From assembly GCA_963779425.1 (NCBI GenBank), contig CAVZYD010000006.1, forward strand, positions 586,704-650,703: a stretch of 64,000 bases of DNA, in the 5' to 3' direction. The notes beneath the pieces were generated by a model. It saw only the letters and a program-made list of their open reading frames with translations, was not told the origin of the DNA and ran no database searches. The DNA is from an uncultured Acidimicrobiaceae bacterium (GTDB lineage: Bacteria > Actinomycetota > Acidimicrobiia > Acidimicrobiales > Bog-793). This document shows, piece by piece, positions 30,380 through 37,204 of this stretch. Each line of letters starts with the position of its first letter. The stretch's first letter is position 1. A program made the position numbers and the translations under genes.

Positions 30380-30988
30380 ATGCGAGGGAACCAGAACTAC
30401 CGGCCAGCCAAGGCGTCAGGAACGAGATTCAAGGGTCGTTTCAAGGTTTTCGGAGGGCTCTTCCTAGTCGGCATTGCGGCCCTCCTGTTGGGCTCGTTGG
30501 CGTTCTCCCCGCTCGCCGGGGCCACACCGAGTCAAGGTGCGGCGACCACTTCAATTTCAGCGAGGGACGGCTCCACCCTGGCGTCCGTGGCGACCACGTG
30601 CAGCCGCCCGGATGCCAGGGTGGCGGGGGGCGTGATTCGCGTCGGCGTCTCGGCCGGCCCTTCTCTCAAGGTCTCACCGGCCTGGTGGCCTCACTGGGGC
30701 GTCCCCCCGCGTGTCAGCGAGGCCGTCAGCCTCAAGGTCTCACCGGCCTGGTGGCCTCACTGGGGCGTCCCCCCGCGTGTCAGCGAGGCCGTCAGCCTCA
30801 AGGTCTCACCGGCCTGGTGGCCTCACTGGGGCGTCCCCCCGCGTGTCAGCGAGGCCGTCAGCCTCAAGGTCTCACCGGCCTGGTGGCCTCACTGGGGCGT
30901 CCCCCCGCGTGTCAGCGAGGCCGTCAGCCTCAAGGTCTCACCGGCCTGGTGGCCTCACTGGGGCGTCCCCCCGCGCCTTAGTCGGTAG
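30380..30988 (+). CDS. putative secreted/membrane-anchored protein ending in 4.7 perfect Trp-rich 22-aa repeats (LKVSPAWWPHWGVPPRVSEAVS)
   Basis: From ATG 30380 (alternative start 30323): MRGNQNYRPAKASGTRFKGRFKVFGGLFLVGIAALLLGSLAFSPLAGA is a signal/TM-like segment. Of the three forward frames, all open across the repeat, this one has the highest third-position GC (19 of 22 codons per unit). No family is recognised, so coding status is uncertain. Confidence 0.45.
   Translation: MRGNQNYRPAKASGTRFKGRFKVFGGLFLVGIAALLLGSLAFSPLAGATPSQGAATTSISARDGSTLASVATTCSRPDARVAGGVIRVGVSAGPSLKVSPAWWPHWGVPPRVSEAVSLKVSPAWWPHWGVPPRVSEAVSLKVSPAWWPHWGVPPRVSEAVSLKVSPAWWPHWGVPPRVSEAVSLKVSPAWWPHWGVPPRLSR
30665..30975. 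repeat. perfect 66-bp tandem repeat, 4.7 copies
   Basis: The unit is ctcaaggtctcaccggcctggtggcctcactggggcgtccccccgcgtgtcagcgaggccgtcagc. It starts at 30665, 30731, 30797, 30863 and 30929, with no mismatch until 30975. A degenerate half-copy lies just upstream (about 30622-30664). Each unit contains the inverted repeat GGCCTCACTG...CAGCGAGGCC. Confidence 0.97.
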
Positions 30989-31893
30989 TCCCCCGGCTCC
31001 GGGGCCGAAGCAGAGTCGTCAGCCGCCATCTCGGGGGTCACCTCGGTGCCCTCCCCGCTGGAACTGAGCGGTTGGTCTGAGACCTCGGGTGCCAGCCAAG
31101 GATCGGTGATCCCGTCGTGGGCACGGCCACGGTCCCGCCACAGCAAGAAGCCGGCGAGGCCGACACCGACGGCCACGAAGGCGACGGAGGCGACGAGGAC
31201 GGCTTGGTCGCCACCTGTGTTATGGGGCAAGAGCACGTACTCGTCGTTGAAACGAAAGGCCCCGTAGAGCGTTACCGCTGATGTCGCCACGACGCCGATC
31301 GGACCGCCCCGCCGGGCAATCCGGCGTTCCACCCGCAATGCGACGAGGTACACGACAAGGTCTTCGAGCGCCTGAATTATCGGCACGGGCACCCGCTTTC
31401 CAACTTGACCGGCGTAGGCCATGCCGTACCAGGCGTGGGTGAGGTTGCCGCCACCTTGGTACATGAGCTGCGGGCCGAGAAGGCGACCTACGGCCCAGGC
31501 GATCACCAACACCGGAGCGACAAGGTCGAGTGCCACACTCAAGCGCAGCTGTGGACACCAGCGCCGGGCGCAGAGCAGTCCGGTCGGGACTCCGCCGAGC
31601 AGCCCTCCGAAGCTGGAGAGGCCCCCGTGCCAGATGGCCAGGATGTCTCCCGGATTCTGTGCGTAACCCTGGGCGCCCTTCAAGTTGGCGATGACGTGCA
31701 CGGCGCGGGCGCCAACCACAGACGCAATGACGATCCAGACGAAGGCGCGACCGAGCCAGGCATCGGGGTAGCCGTGGTCGCGCAGACGCTTCGCCAGGTA
31801 GCGGTAGCCGAACCAGAACGTGATCGCGAGCCCGATCCCGTAGGTGTGGATCTGGAGCGGCCCGATATGGAAGACGACGGGGATTGGCTTCAC
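30955..31893 (-). CDS. lgt: prolipoprotein diacylglyceryl transferase
   Basis: From GTG 31893, preceded by GGGAGAG: VKPIPVVFHIGPLQIHTYGIGLAITFWFGYRYL...GDILAIWHGGLSSFGGLLGG...GRLLGPQ...YGAFRFNDEY are Lgt family motifs. The ORF stays open upstream to 31998. The C-terminal tail and the stop (30955-30957) lie inside the last copy of the 66-bp repeat. Confidence 0.85.
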   Translation of the reverse strand: MKPIPVVFHIGPLQIHTYGIGLAITFWFGYRYLAKRLRDHGYPDAWLGRAFVWIVIASVVGARAVHVIANLKGAQGYAQNPGDILAIWHGGLSSFGGLLGGVPTGLLCARRWCPQLRLSVALDLVAPVLVIAWAVGRLLGPQLMYQGGGNLTHAWYGMAYAGQVGKRVPVPIIQALEDLVVYLVALRVERRIARRGGPIGVVATSAVTLYGAFRFNDEYVLLPHNTGGDQAVLVASVAFVAVGVGLAGFLLWRDRGRAHDGITDPWLAPEVSDQPLSSSGEGTEVTPEMAADDSASAPEPGDYRLRRGGTPQ

Positions 31894-31998
31894 TGCTCTC
31901 CCATGTTGGGGTAAACGGTACCGCCGCGCCGAGTACTCGCGGGCAGCGGCGCCGACGAGCGGCCCGTGACCGAAGGCTTGCCAAGCGCTCCTTGGCAA

Positions 31999-32746
31999 AG
32001 CTGCCCGGCTCCGGATCTGGGTCCGGTCTCCCCTCTACCGTGCCGATATCACTAAAGGTCGGGTACGGGGAACGAGAGCGAGGCTGACAACCGAGCGATG
32101 CCAGAGTCAGCGTGCGCCGACTGCCGGCGGGGCGTTGTCACAAGCTGGAAAGACGCGATCGACCCCGAAACGCGGAGGGACCCCGGGTAGCCGGTCAGCT
32201 TGCGCCTCCGTACTTCCCGGGGTCATCCCCTGGGCGGCTCGCCCTCCTGTCAGACAACCGGGAACCTTGCGGCCCTGCCGGCGACTGAGCCTTCTCGCTT
32301 ACCCCGAGAGGCAAGCGTTTGGGGCGGAGGTCCGTCCACCTCTCCTCTGTCGTTCCAATCGCACACCGCACGCTCCGGACTCCCCTGCGGGCTTCCCTCG
32401 CCTTTGGCGATTGACTGGATCGCTTTCGGTTGATTGGCAGCTTGCTCCCATTGCCGCAATGCGTCAACCCGTTTTTGCGAAATCCACCGTGAGTTCACAG
32501 AACTTCTGGCTTTTCCCCCTTCCGTCCCCAGATCTATCCCAGGCTCATCCACAGAGGAGGGGATATCGCCGGCCCTCGGGAGCCCATTTCCGGTGTCCAC
32601 CGAGGCACGCCTGGGGCTCGCCATTTCCTTTCTCAGGGCGGTCTCTCGGAGCCGAAAGTCTTGGCGGCTCGTCGACCCCTCGGTAAGGTCAAAGGCCGCG
32701 GCTCGTCGAACAGGGCGAACGCCACGAGCCAGGGAGGGATACCAAG
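31999..32746. other. ~750-bp region without a credible CDS, hairpin-rich; unassigned structured RNA(s) and/or leader of bioY
   Basis: The only ORFs here (32135..32686 +, 32250..32870 -) translate to low-complexity Arg/Pro/Ser-rich sequence with no recognisable domain. Many strong local stems are visible, for example CCCGGGGTCATCCCCTGGG, GGCTCGCCC...GGCGACTGAGCC, CGCTTACCCCGAGAGGCAAGCG and GGAGGTCCGTCCACCTCT. A Shine-Dalgarno GGGAGGGA precedes bioY ATG 32747. Confidence 0.5.
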
Positions 32747-33331
32747 ATGTCGGACGCTGTGACCCTGCGTCAGCCGGAGCCGGTTGTGTTCGGCGATCTC
32801 TTCGCCACGACGCGGGCACAAGACGTCGTGCTCGTGTTAGCCGCCGCGGCTCTTGTCGGAGCGCTGGCACAGGTCTCGTTCCACCTCTCCTTCACGCCCG
32901 TGCCCGTCACGGGACAGACGCTCGGTGTCCTCGTGGCCGGTACGGCGCTCGGCTGGAAGCGGGCCACGGCCGCCATGACGCTCTACGGCGTGGCCGGGAT
33001 CGCCGGGGTTCCCTGGTTCGCCGACCACGCGAGCGGGTACGTGGGGGCGAGCTTCGGTTACGTCGTGGGCTTCGTCTTCTGTGCAGCCTTGTGTGGCTTT
33101 CTCGCCGAGCGACGCGCCGACCGGTCGCTTTTGAGCTCGCTCCCGGTCATGGTGGCCGGCGAGCTCGTCCTCTACTCGGTTGGTGTTACCTGGCTCGCTC
33201 TCAGTTTGCATGTCGGTGCGCAGAAGGCGATCGCCCTTGGGCTCACGCCGTTCCTCGCCGGCGACGCCATCAAAGCGGCCATCGCCGCCGCCCTCTTGCC
33301 GGGGGCATGGAAGTTGTCGGGGCGCCGCTGA
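32747..33331 (+). CDS. bioY: biotin transporter BioY (ECF S-component)
   Basis: Intact 194-aa ORF. ...AQVSFHLSFTPVPVTGQTLGVLVAGTALGWKRATAAMTLYGVAGIAGVPWFA...GYVVGFVFCAALCGFLAER...GLTPFLAGDAIKAAIAAALLP is the BioY family signature. Confidence 0.85.
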   Translation: MSDAVTLRQPEPVVFGDLFATTRAQDVVLVLAAAALVGALAQVSFHLSFTPVPVTGQTLGVLVAGTALGWKRATAAMTLYGVAGIAGVPWFADHASGYVGASFGYVVGFVFCAALCGFLAERRADRSLLSSLPVMVAGELVLYSVGVTWLALSLHVGAQKAIALGLTPFLAGDAIKAAIAAALLPGAWKLSGRR

Positions 33332-33433
33332 ACAAGCCTTCGCGCCGGTTCGCGCCAGGGGCGTAGGGCGAGGGGCGATGCGCCAAACGCGGTGGTAGGG
33401 TCCGCTCGGCGGTCAGGCCTGGAGGCGCGATCG

Positions 33434-34351
33434 ATGAGTACTGACTGGGACGGACAGGGTCTTCCGCCCGCTGCTTTAGCCAGGATGGAACGAGGCCGCT
33501 CTTCGCCCGTCCGCAGCAGCCTGCTCTCGGTACCGGGCCACGTCGGCGTTGAGGCCTGCGGCTTCTCGGTCGTCGGTGAGGTGATGGGCTGCATCGTCGA
33601 GACCATCGGTTTCACTGGATGGGCGGGGTGCGGTTACGGCGGCTACGGACTGGCGGGCGGCGGGCTTTACCGCGGCTTTGGCGGAGTGAGCACAACGGTG
33701 ACGAGCGGCCAAGCGGGCGGATGGGTGGGCTATGCGCCCTATGTGGAGGCGCTCTATCGCGGCTTCGACACAGCTCTTTACCGCATGCTGTTGGAGTGCC
33801 AATCCCTCGGTGGCGACGGGGTGGTCGGCGTCCGACTTGAGCAGCGCCATCTTGGGCAGGGCAACCGCGAATTCGTCGCTCTCGGCACCGCCGTGCGCGC
33901 GGCGGGGGACCAAAGGCCGGCACGGTTGTTCTCGACGACCCTGAACGGCCAGGACTTCGCCAAGCTGCTCCAAGGTGGCTGGGTGCCGGCCTCGGTCGCC
34001 ATCGGCATTTCGGTAGCGATCCGCCATGACGACTGGGCGACAAGGAGCCAGGCGAGTGCCTGGGCCTACAACACCGAGGTTTCCGGCTACACCGAGCTGG
34101 TTAACCACGTAAGGGCCGACGCCAGGTCCCAACTCGCCCGCCGGGTGAGCGCCATAGGCGCCCACGGGGCGATCACGAGCTCCATGCAGCTCAGCATCCA
34201 CGCCCAAGAGGTGGGCGAGAACCACACCGACCACGTAGCCGAGTCCCGCCTCATCGGCGACGCGGTCGTCCGCTTTCACCCTGAAGGCACCACCCCGCCG
34301 AAAAGCCTCACGATCCTTCCGCTCTCGAACCCGAAAGGGAGTAAACGATGA
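33434..34351 (+). CDS. tandem-domain YbjQ/UPF0145 (DUF74, putative heavy-metal-binding) family protein
   Basis: From ATG 33434. There are two YbjQ-like halves: ...GFSVVGEVMGCIVE...AVEALYRGFDTALYRMLLECQSLGGDGVVGVRLEQRHLGQGNREFVALGTAVR, and ...GWVPASVAIGISVA...ELVNHVRADARSQLARRVSAIGAHGAITSSMQLSIH. The first half carries a Gly/Tyr-rich insert, GWAGCGYGGYGLAGGGLYRGFGG. Confidence 0.65.
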   Translation: MSTDWDGQGLPPAALARMERGRSSPVRSSLLSVPGHVGVEACGFSVVGEVMGCIVETIGFTGWAGCGYGGYGLAGGGLYRGFGGVSTTVTSGQAGGWVGYAPYVEALYRGFDTALYRMLLECQSLGGDGVVGVRLEQRHLGQGNREFVALGTAVRAAGDQRPARLFSTTLNGQDFAKLLQGGWVPASVAIGISVAIRHDDWATRSQASAWAYNTEVSGYTELVNHVRADARSQLARRVSAIGAHGAITSSMQLSIHAQEVGENHTDHVAESRLIGDAVVRFHPEGTTPPKSLTILPLSNPKGSKR

Positions 34352-35166
34352 CCATCGAAGCCAACGAGCTGGGGATCCCCCAAGATGCCATGCGGCGCCT
34401 GGCCGAGATGCGACCAGGCCAGCCGGGCGCGTTGTTCACCTCCGATCTGAGCGTGAACGAGTTTCTCCTCGTAAGGGAGGCGGGCTTCAGGCCCCTCGGC
34501 CTCGTGCTCGGCTCCAGCATCTACCACGTCGGCCTCCAGGTCGGCCGGTGGAGCCAGAACATGGAGCTCGACACCTTGTCCCAGGCCATGTACCACGCTC
34601 GTGAGCTGGCCATGACCCGTATGGAAGCCGAGGCCGACGCCCTCGGCGCGGACGGCATCGTCGGGGTCCGTCTCGACATCGAGTTCAAGGAGTTCGGTAA
34701 CGACCTTGCCGAGTTCATCGCCGTCGGCACCGCCGTCAAGTCCGACGACAAGGGCAACTGGCGCAACGACGAGAACAAGCCCTTCACCTCCGATCTGTCT
34801 GGTCAGGACTTCTGGACCCTCGTCCAGGCGGGCTACGCCCCCCTGGGCATGGTGATGGGCAGCTGCGTGTACCACATCGCCCATCAAGGCGCCTTGAAGG
34901 CCATGGGCAATGTCGGGCGCAACGTGGAGATACCCAAGTTCACCGAGGCTCTTTACGACGCCCGCGAGCTCGCCATGAGCCGCATGCAGGCCGAGGCCGA
35001 GCAGCTCAAGGCCGAGGGGATCGTTGGGGTGCAGCTGTTGTCGCTGGCGCACAGGTGGGGCGGGCACACGACCGAGTTTTTCGCCATCGGCACCGCCGTT
35101 CGGCCGCTGCGTGCTGACCACATCATCGCCAAGCCGCAGATGGTCCTCCCGCTGACCGACCGTTGA
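34348..35166 (+). CDS. tandem-domain YbjQ/UPF0145 (DUF74) family protein, paralogue of the upstream gene
   Basis: The ATG overlaps the upstream stop (ATGA). The two halves are GFRPLGLVLGSSIYHVG...AMYHARELAMTRMEAEADALGADGIVGVRLDIEFKEFGNDLAEFIAVGTAVK and GYAPLGMVMGSCVYHIA...ALYDARELAMSRMQAEAEQLKAEGIVGVQL...TEFFAIGTAVR. Confidence 0.7.
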   Translation: MTIEANELGIPQDAMRRLAEMRPGQPGALFTSDLSVNEFLLVREAGFRPLGLVLGSSIYHVGLQVGRWSQNMELDTLSQAMYHARELAMTRMEAEADALGADGIVGVRLDIEFKEFGNDLAEFIAVGTAVKSDDKGNWRNDENKPFTSDLSGQDFWTLVQAGYAPLGMVMGSCVYHIAHQGALKAMGNVGRNVEIPKFTEALYDARELAMSRMQAEAEQLKAEGIVGVQLLSLAHRWGGHTTEFFAIGTAVRPLRADHIIAKPQMVLPLTDR

Positions 35167-35645
35167 CCCCCGAGATCGACCCGGGCGTACCGGCCGCCGA
35201 GGGCGGCGGCTCTTCGGGCGGTGCTCAGCCCCCTTCGGAATTGAGCAGCCAGGCCAGTGTCGTCGACCTCGTCGCGGCGGCGCTGCGCGCCGACACCGCC
35301 GACTTGGACTCGTACCACCGGGTGCTTTCGTCGACGGTGTCCGACATGCTTCCTGTCGGCATGGTCGAGGTGGACCGGGAGCGGTCGATGAAGGACCGCA
35401 TGGCTGGCCGTGAGGGGCGGGCAACCTCGATCCGCATCCGTCTCGGCGAGCTCACCCTGGAGCTCGTGACGAGACACGGGGGGCTCGTTGCGACCGCGTC
35501 CCGGGAGGTCCGGGGCGTGGTCATAAGCCGCCAGGAGATCAGCATCGCCGAGTGGACTCAGCTGCTCGCCCAGCACCTCGCCAAGCTGGCGGCGGAGAGC
35601 GCGGACGCCCGGAGCGCTCTGGCGAAGCTTCTCGGCGAGGGCTGA
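35163..35645 (+). CDS. hypothetical protein, third gene of the YbjQ-like module
   Basis: 160-aa ORF whose putative TTG start overlaps the upstream stop (TTGA). I recognise no family. The C-terminal part ...IRIRLGELTLELVTRHGGLVATASREVRGVVISRQEISIAEWTQLLAQHLAKLAAES looks globular. The start codon is uncertain. Confidence 0.45.
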   Translation: MTPEIDPGVPAAEGGGSSGGAQPPSELSSQASVVDLVAAALRADTADLDSYHRVLSSTVSDMLPVGMVEVDRERSMKDRMAGREGRATSIRIRLGELTLELVTRHGGLVATASREVRGVVISRQEISIAEWTQLLAQHLAKLAAESADARSALAKLLGEG

Positions 35646-35660
35646 TCGAGCCTGCCCGCC

Positions 35661-35729
35661 AGCTCGCCTGTCCCTATCGACTAGAAGCTCGCCTGTCCGT
35701 ATCGCCTAGACCTGTCCGTATCGCCTAGA
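35661..35729. repeat. short imperfect tandem repeat (25 bp x ~2.8) between convergent genes
   Basis: The copies are agctcgcctgtccctatcgactaga (35661-85), agctcgcctgtccgtatcgcctaga (35686-710) and cctgtccgtatcgcctaga (35711-29). The last copy provides the stop codon of the minus-strand gene 35725..35940. Confidence 0.85.
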
Positions 35730-35940
35730 GCAGTTGCAGACCGCCGAGAACGATGCCGAGGACGACCAGGATCGCGCCTAGAACGATGCCGCGGCGGACC
35801 ATCGTGACCACTCCGGCGATGATGAGGATCAGGCCGACTATCCAGATGACTGGCACGGCGGCGCCATGGTGAAACAACGCGGCCAAGGTCTCGGTTCCCA
35901 CTAGCAGTCCCTCCCAGTTCGTGTTCGGACGAGCTGACAC
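35725..35940 (-). CDS. small hypothetical membrane protein (two predicted TM helices)
   Basis: 71-aa ORF: ...AAVPVIWIVGLILIIAGVVTMVRRGIVLGAILVVLGIVLGGLQLL. It is hydrophobic with a typical positive loop. No family recognised. Confidence 0.5.
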   Translation of the reverse strand: MSARPNTNWEGLLVGTETLAALFHHGAAVPVIWIVGLILIIAGVVTMVRRGIVLGAILVVLGIVLGGLQLL

Positions 35941-36031
35941 CTACCCCAATGTCGCCTGGGGCATCCGTCGAAGTGCGGTCAGCTTGCGGCTACCCCTTGA
36001 TCGATGATCGACAATCGTTTATCCTGCCCCG

Positions 36032-37162
36032 ATGGCGAAGGTCGCGATTACCGACGTGGAGGCTTTCTATCTTCGCCCAGGTGCGATAAAAGACCGATCG
36101 GACAGTTCGCAAGACGCCCTCGTCGTCCGAGTCAGCACCGATGCTGGCGTTTTCGGATACGGCGAGGTGGACAGCATCCCGCTCGTCGCCAAGGCGGTGA
36201 TCGAGGCCCCCGCCTCACATACGCGGGCCATTGGACTGCGCGAGCTTCTCGTCGGTCGCGACCCGCGAGAGGTCGAGCGGCTCTGGGACCTCATGTACGA
36301 GTCGTCGCTCTACTACGGGCGAGAGGGCGCGGCCATCCAGGCGATGGCGGGGGTCGATCTGGCGCTGTGGGACATCAAAGGCCAGCTGTTGGGACAGCCT
36401 GTCTACATGCTGCTGGGCGGCGCCTACCGCAAGAGCGTCCGCACGTACGCCAGCCACATGTTCGAGTTCAGCCCGGACGCGACAGCCAGGCGAGCGGCCC
36501 AGGCGGCCAAGGCCGGGTTCACGGCAGTTAAGTTCGGCTGGGAGCCCATGGGCCCTGATCCCGAGCTCGACGTGGCTTTGGTGAGGGCGATCCGGGAGAG
36601 CGTCGGGGATAAGGTCGACGTCTGCATCGACGCCGGGTTGGCCTGGGACGCCCAGACGGCCATCCAGAGATGCCGTCTGTTCGAGCCCTACGGCATCTAC
36701 TGGCTCGAAGAGCCTCTGCACCCCGACGACCGTAAGGGCTACAGCACGCTCGTGTCGAAAGTGAGCACTCCCATCGCGGCTGGGGAGAACGAGTCAACGG
36801 TCGCCGGTTTCCTGCGTCTCATGGACGAGGCCCGGGTGGATATCGTCCAGATCGACGTCACCCGGGCCGGGCTCACCCAGGCTTTGCGCATAGCCCGCCT
36901 TGCTCACCAGCGTGGCTTGAGGTGTGCGAACCACAACTTCACCTCCGACATAAACGTTGCGGCTTCGCTGCACTTTCTCTGCTCGATTCCGAACGCGCTG
37001 ATGCTCGAATACTGCATGGAGCCCAGCCCTCTTCGGTCGACTTTGACACGCAAGCCCATTGAGGTCGTGGAAGGGTTCGCCACCGTGCCCGAGGGACCCG
37101 GCCTCGGTATCGACGTTGATCTCGACGCTGTCGGCAGATTTATCGTCCGACCGGAGGCATGA
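36032..37162 (+). CDS. enolase-superfamily enzyme (mandelate racemase / muconate lactonizing enzyme family; racemase, epimerase or acid-sugar dehydratase)
   Basis: Intact 376-aa ORF. ...GVDLALWDIKGQLLGQPVYMLLGG..., the metal ligand region VCIDAGLAWD...YWLEEPL...IAAGENE and ...DIVQIDVTRAGL are MR/MLE hallmarks. Confidence 0.8.
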   Translation: MAKVAITDVEAFYLRPGAIKDRSDSSQDALVVRVSTDAGVFGYGEVDSIPLVAKAVIEAPASHTRAIGLRELLVGRDPREVERLWDLMYESSLYYGREGAAIQAMAGVDLALWDIKGQLLGQPVYMLLGGAYRKSVRTYASHMFEFSPDATARRAAQAAKAGFTAVKFGWEPMGPDPELDVALVRAIRESVGDKVDVCIDAGLAWDAQTAIQRCRLFEPYGIYWLEEPLHPDDRKGYSTLVSKVSTPIAAGENESTVAGFLRLMDEARVDIVQIDVTRAGLTQALRIARLAHQRGLRCANHNFTSDINVAASLHFLCSIPNALMLEYCMEPSPLRSTLTRKPIEVVEGFATVPEGPGLGIDVDLDAVGRFIVRPEA

Positions 37163-37204
37163 ACCGGTCTTTCGCCTACCGTCACACAGAGAAAAGGGAG
37201 GGAA

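Noticed and set aside
30665-30975. Possible CRISPR array, given regularly spaced identical sequence
   Set aside because: The whole 66-bp unit repeats without any unique spacers, and no cas genes are present in the window. It is a simple tandem repeat.
32146-32529. tmRNA (ssrA) on the minus strand: 384 nt, 5' GGGGACG, 3' ...CGTCTTTCCA, with an internal TAAGCGA..GGCTCAGTC similarity to mycobacterial ssrA as I remember it
   Set aside because: There is no acceptable T arm, no discriminator base, and three G-U pairs would be needed in the acceptor stem. There is no TTCGAC-type D-analogue near the 5' end. The only stop-terminated frame gives an atypical tag (..APNACLSG) located too far 3'. The plus strand matches the same remembered region about equally well, as expected for a hairpin. 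It is kept only as an unassigned region pending cmsearch or ARAGORN.
32140-32540. RNase P RNA, because of P1/P4-like strings such as ACCCCGGGTAGCCGGTCAGCTTGCGCC and GGGAGCAAGCTGCCAATC
   Set aside because: The universally conserved GGAAAGUCCGG and ACAGAACCCGGC elements are absent on both strands. The order of the weakly similar strings does not fit the RNase P secondary-structure order. On the plus strand the RNA would have to start inside lgt.
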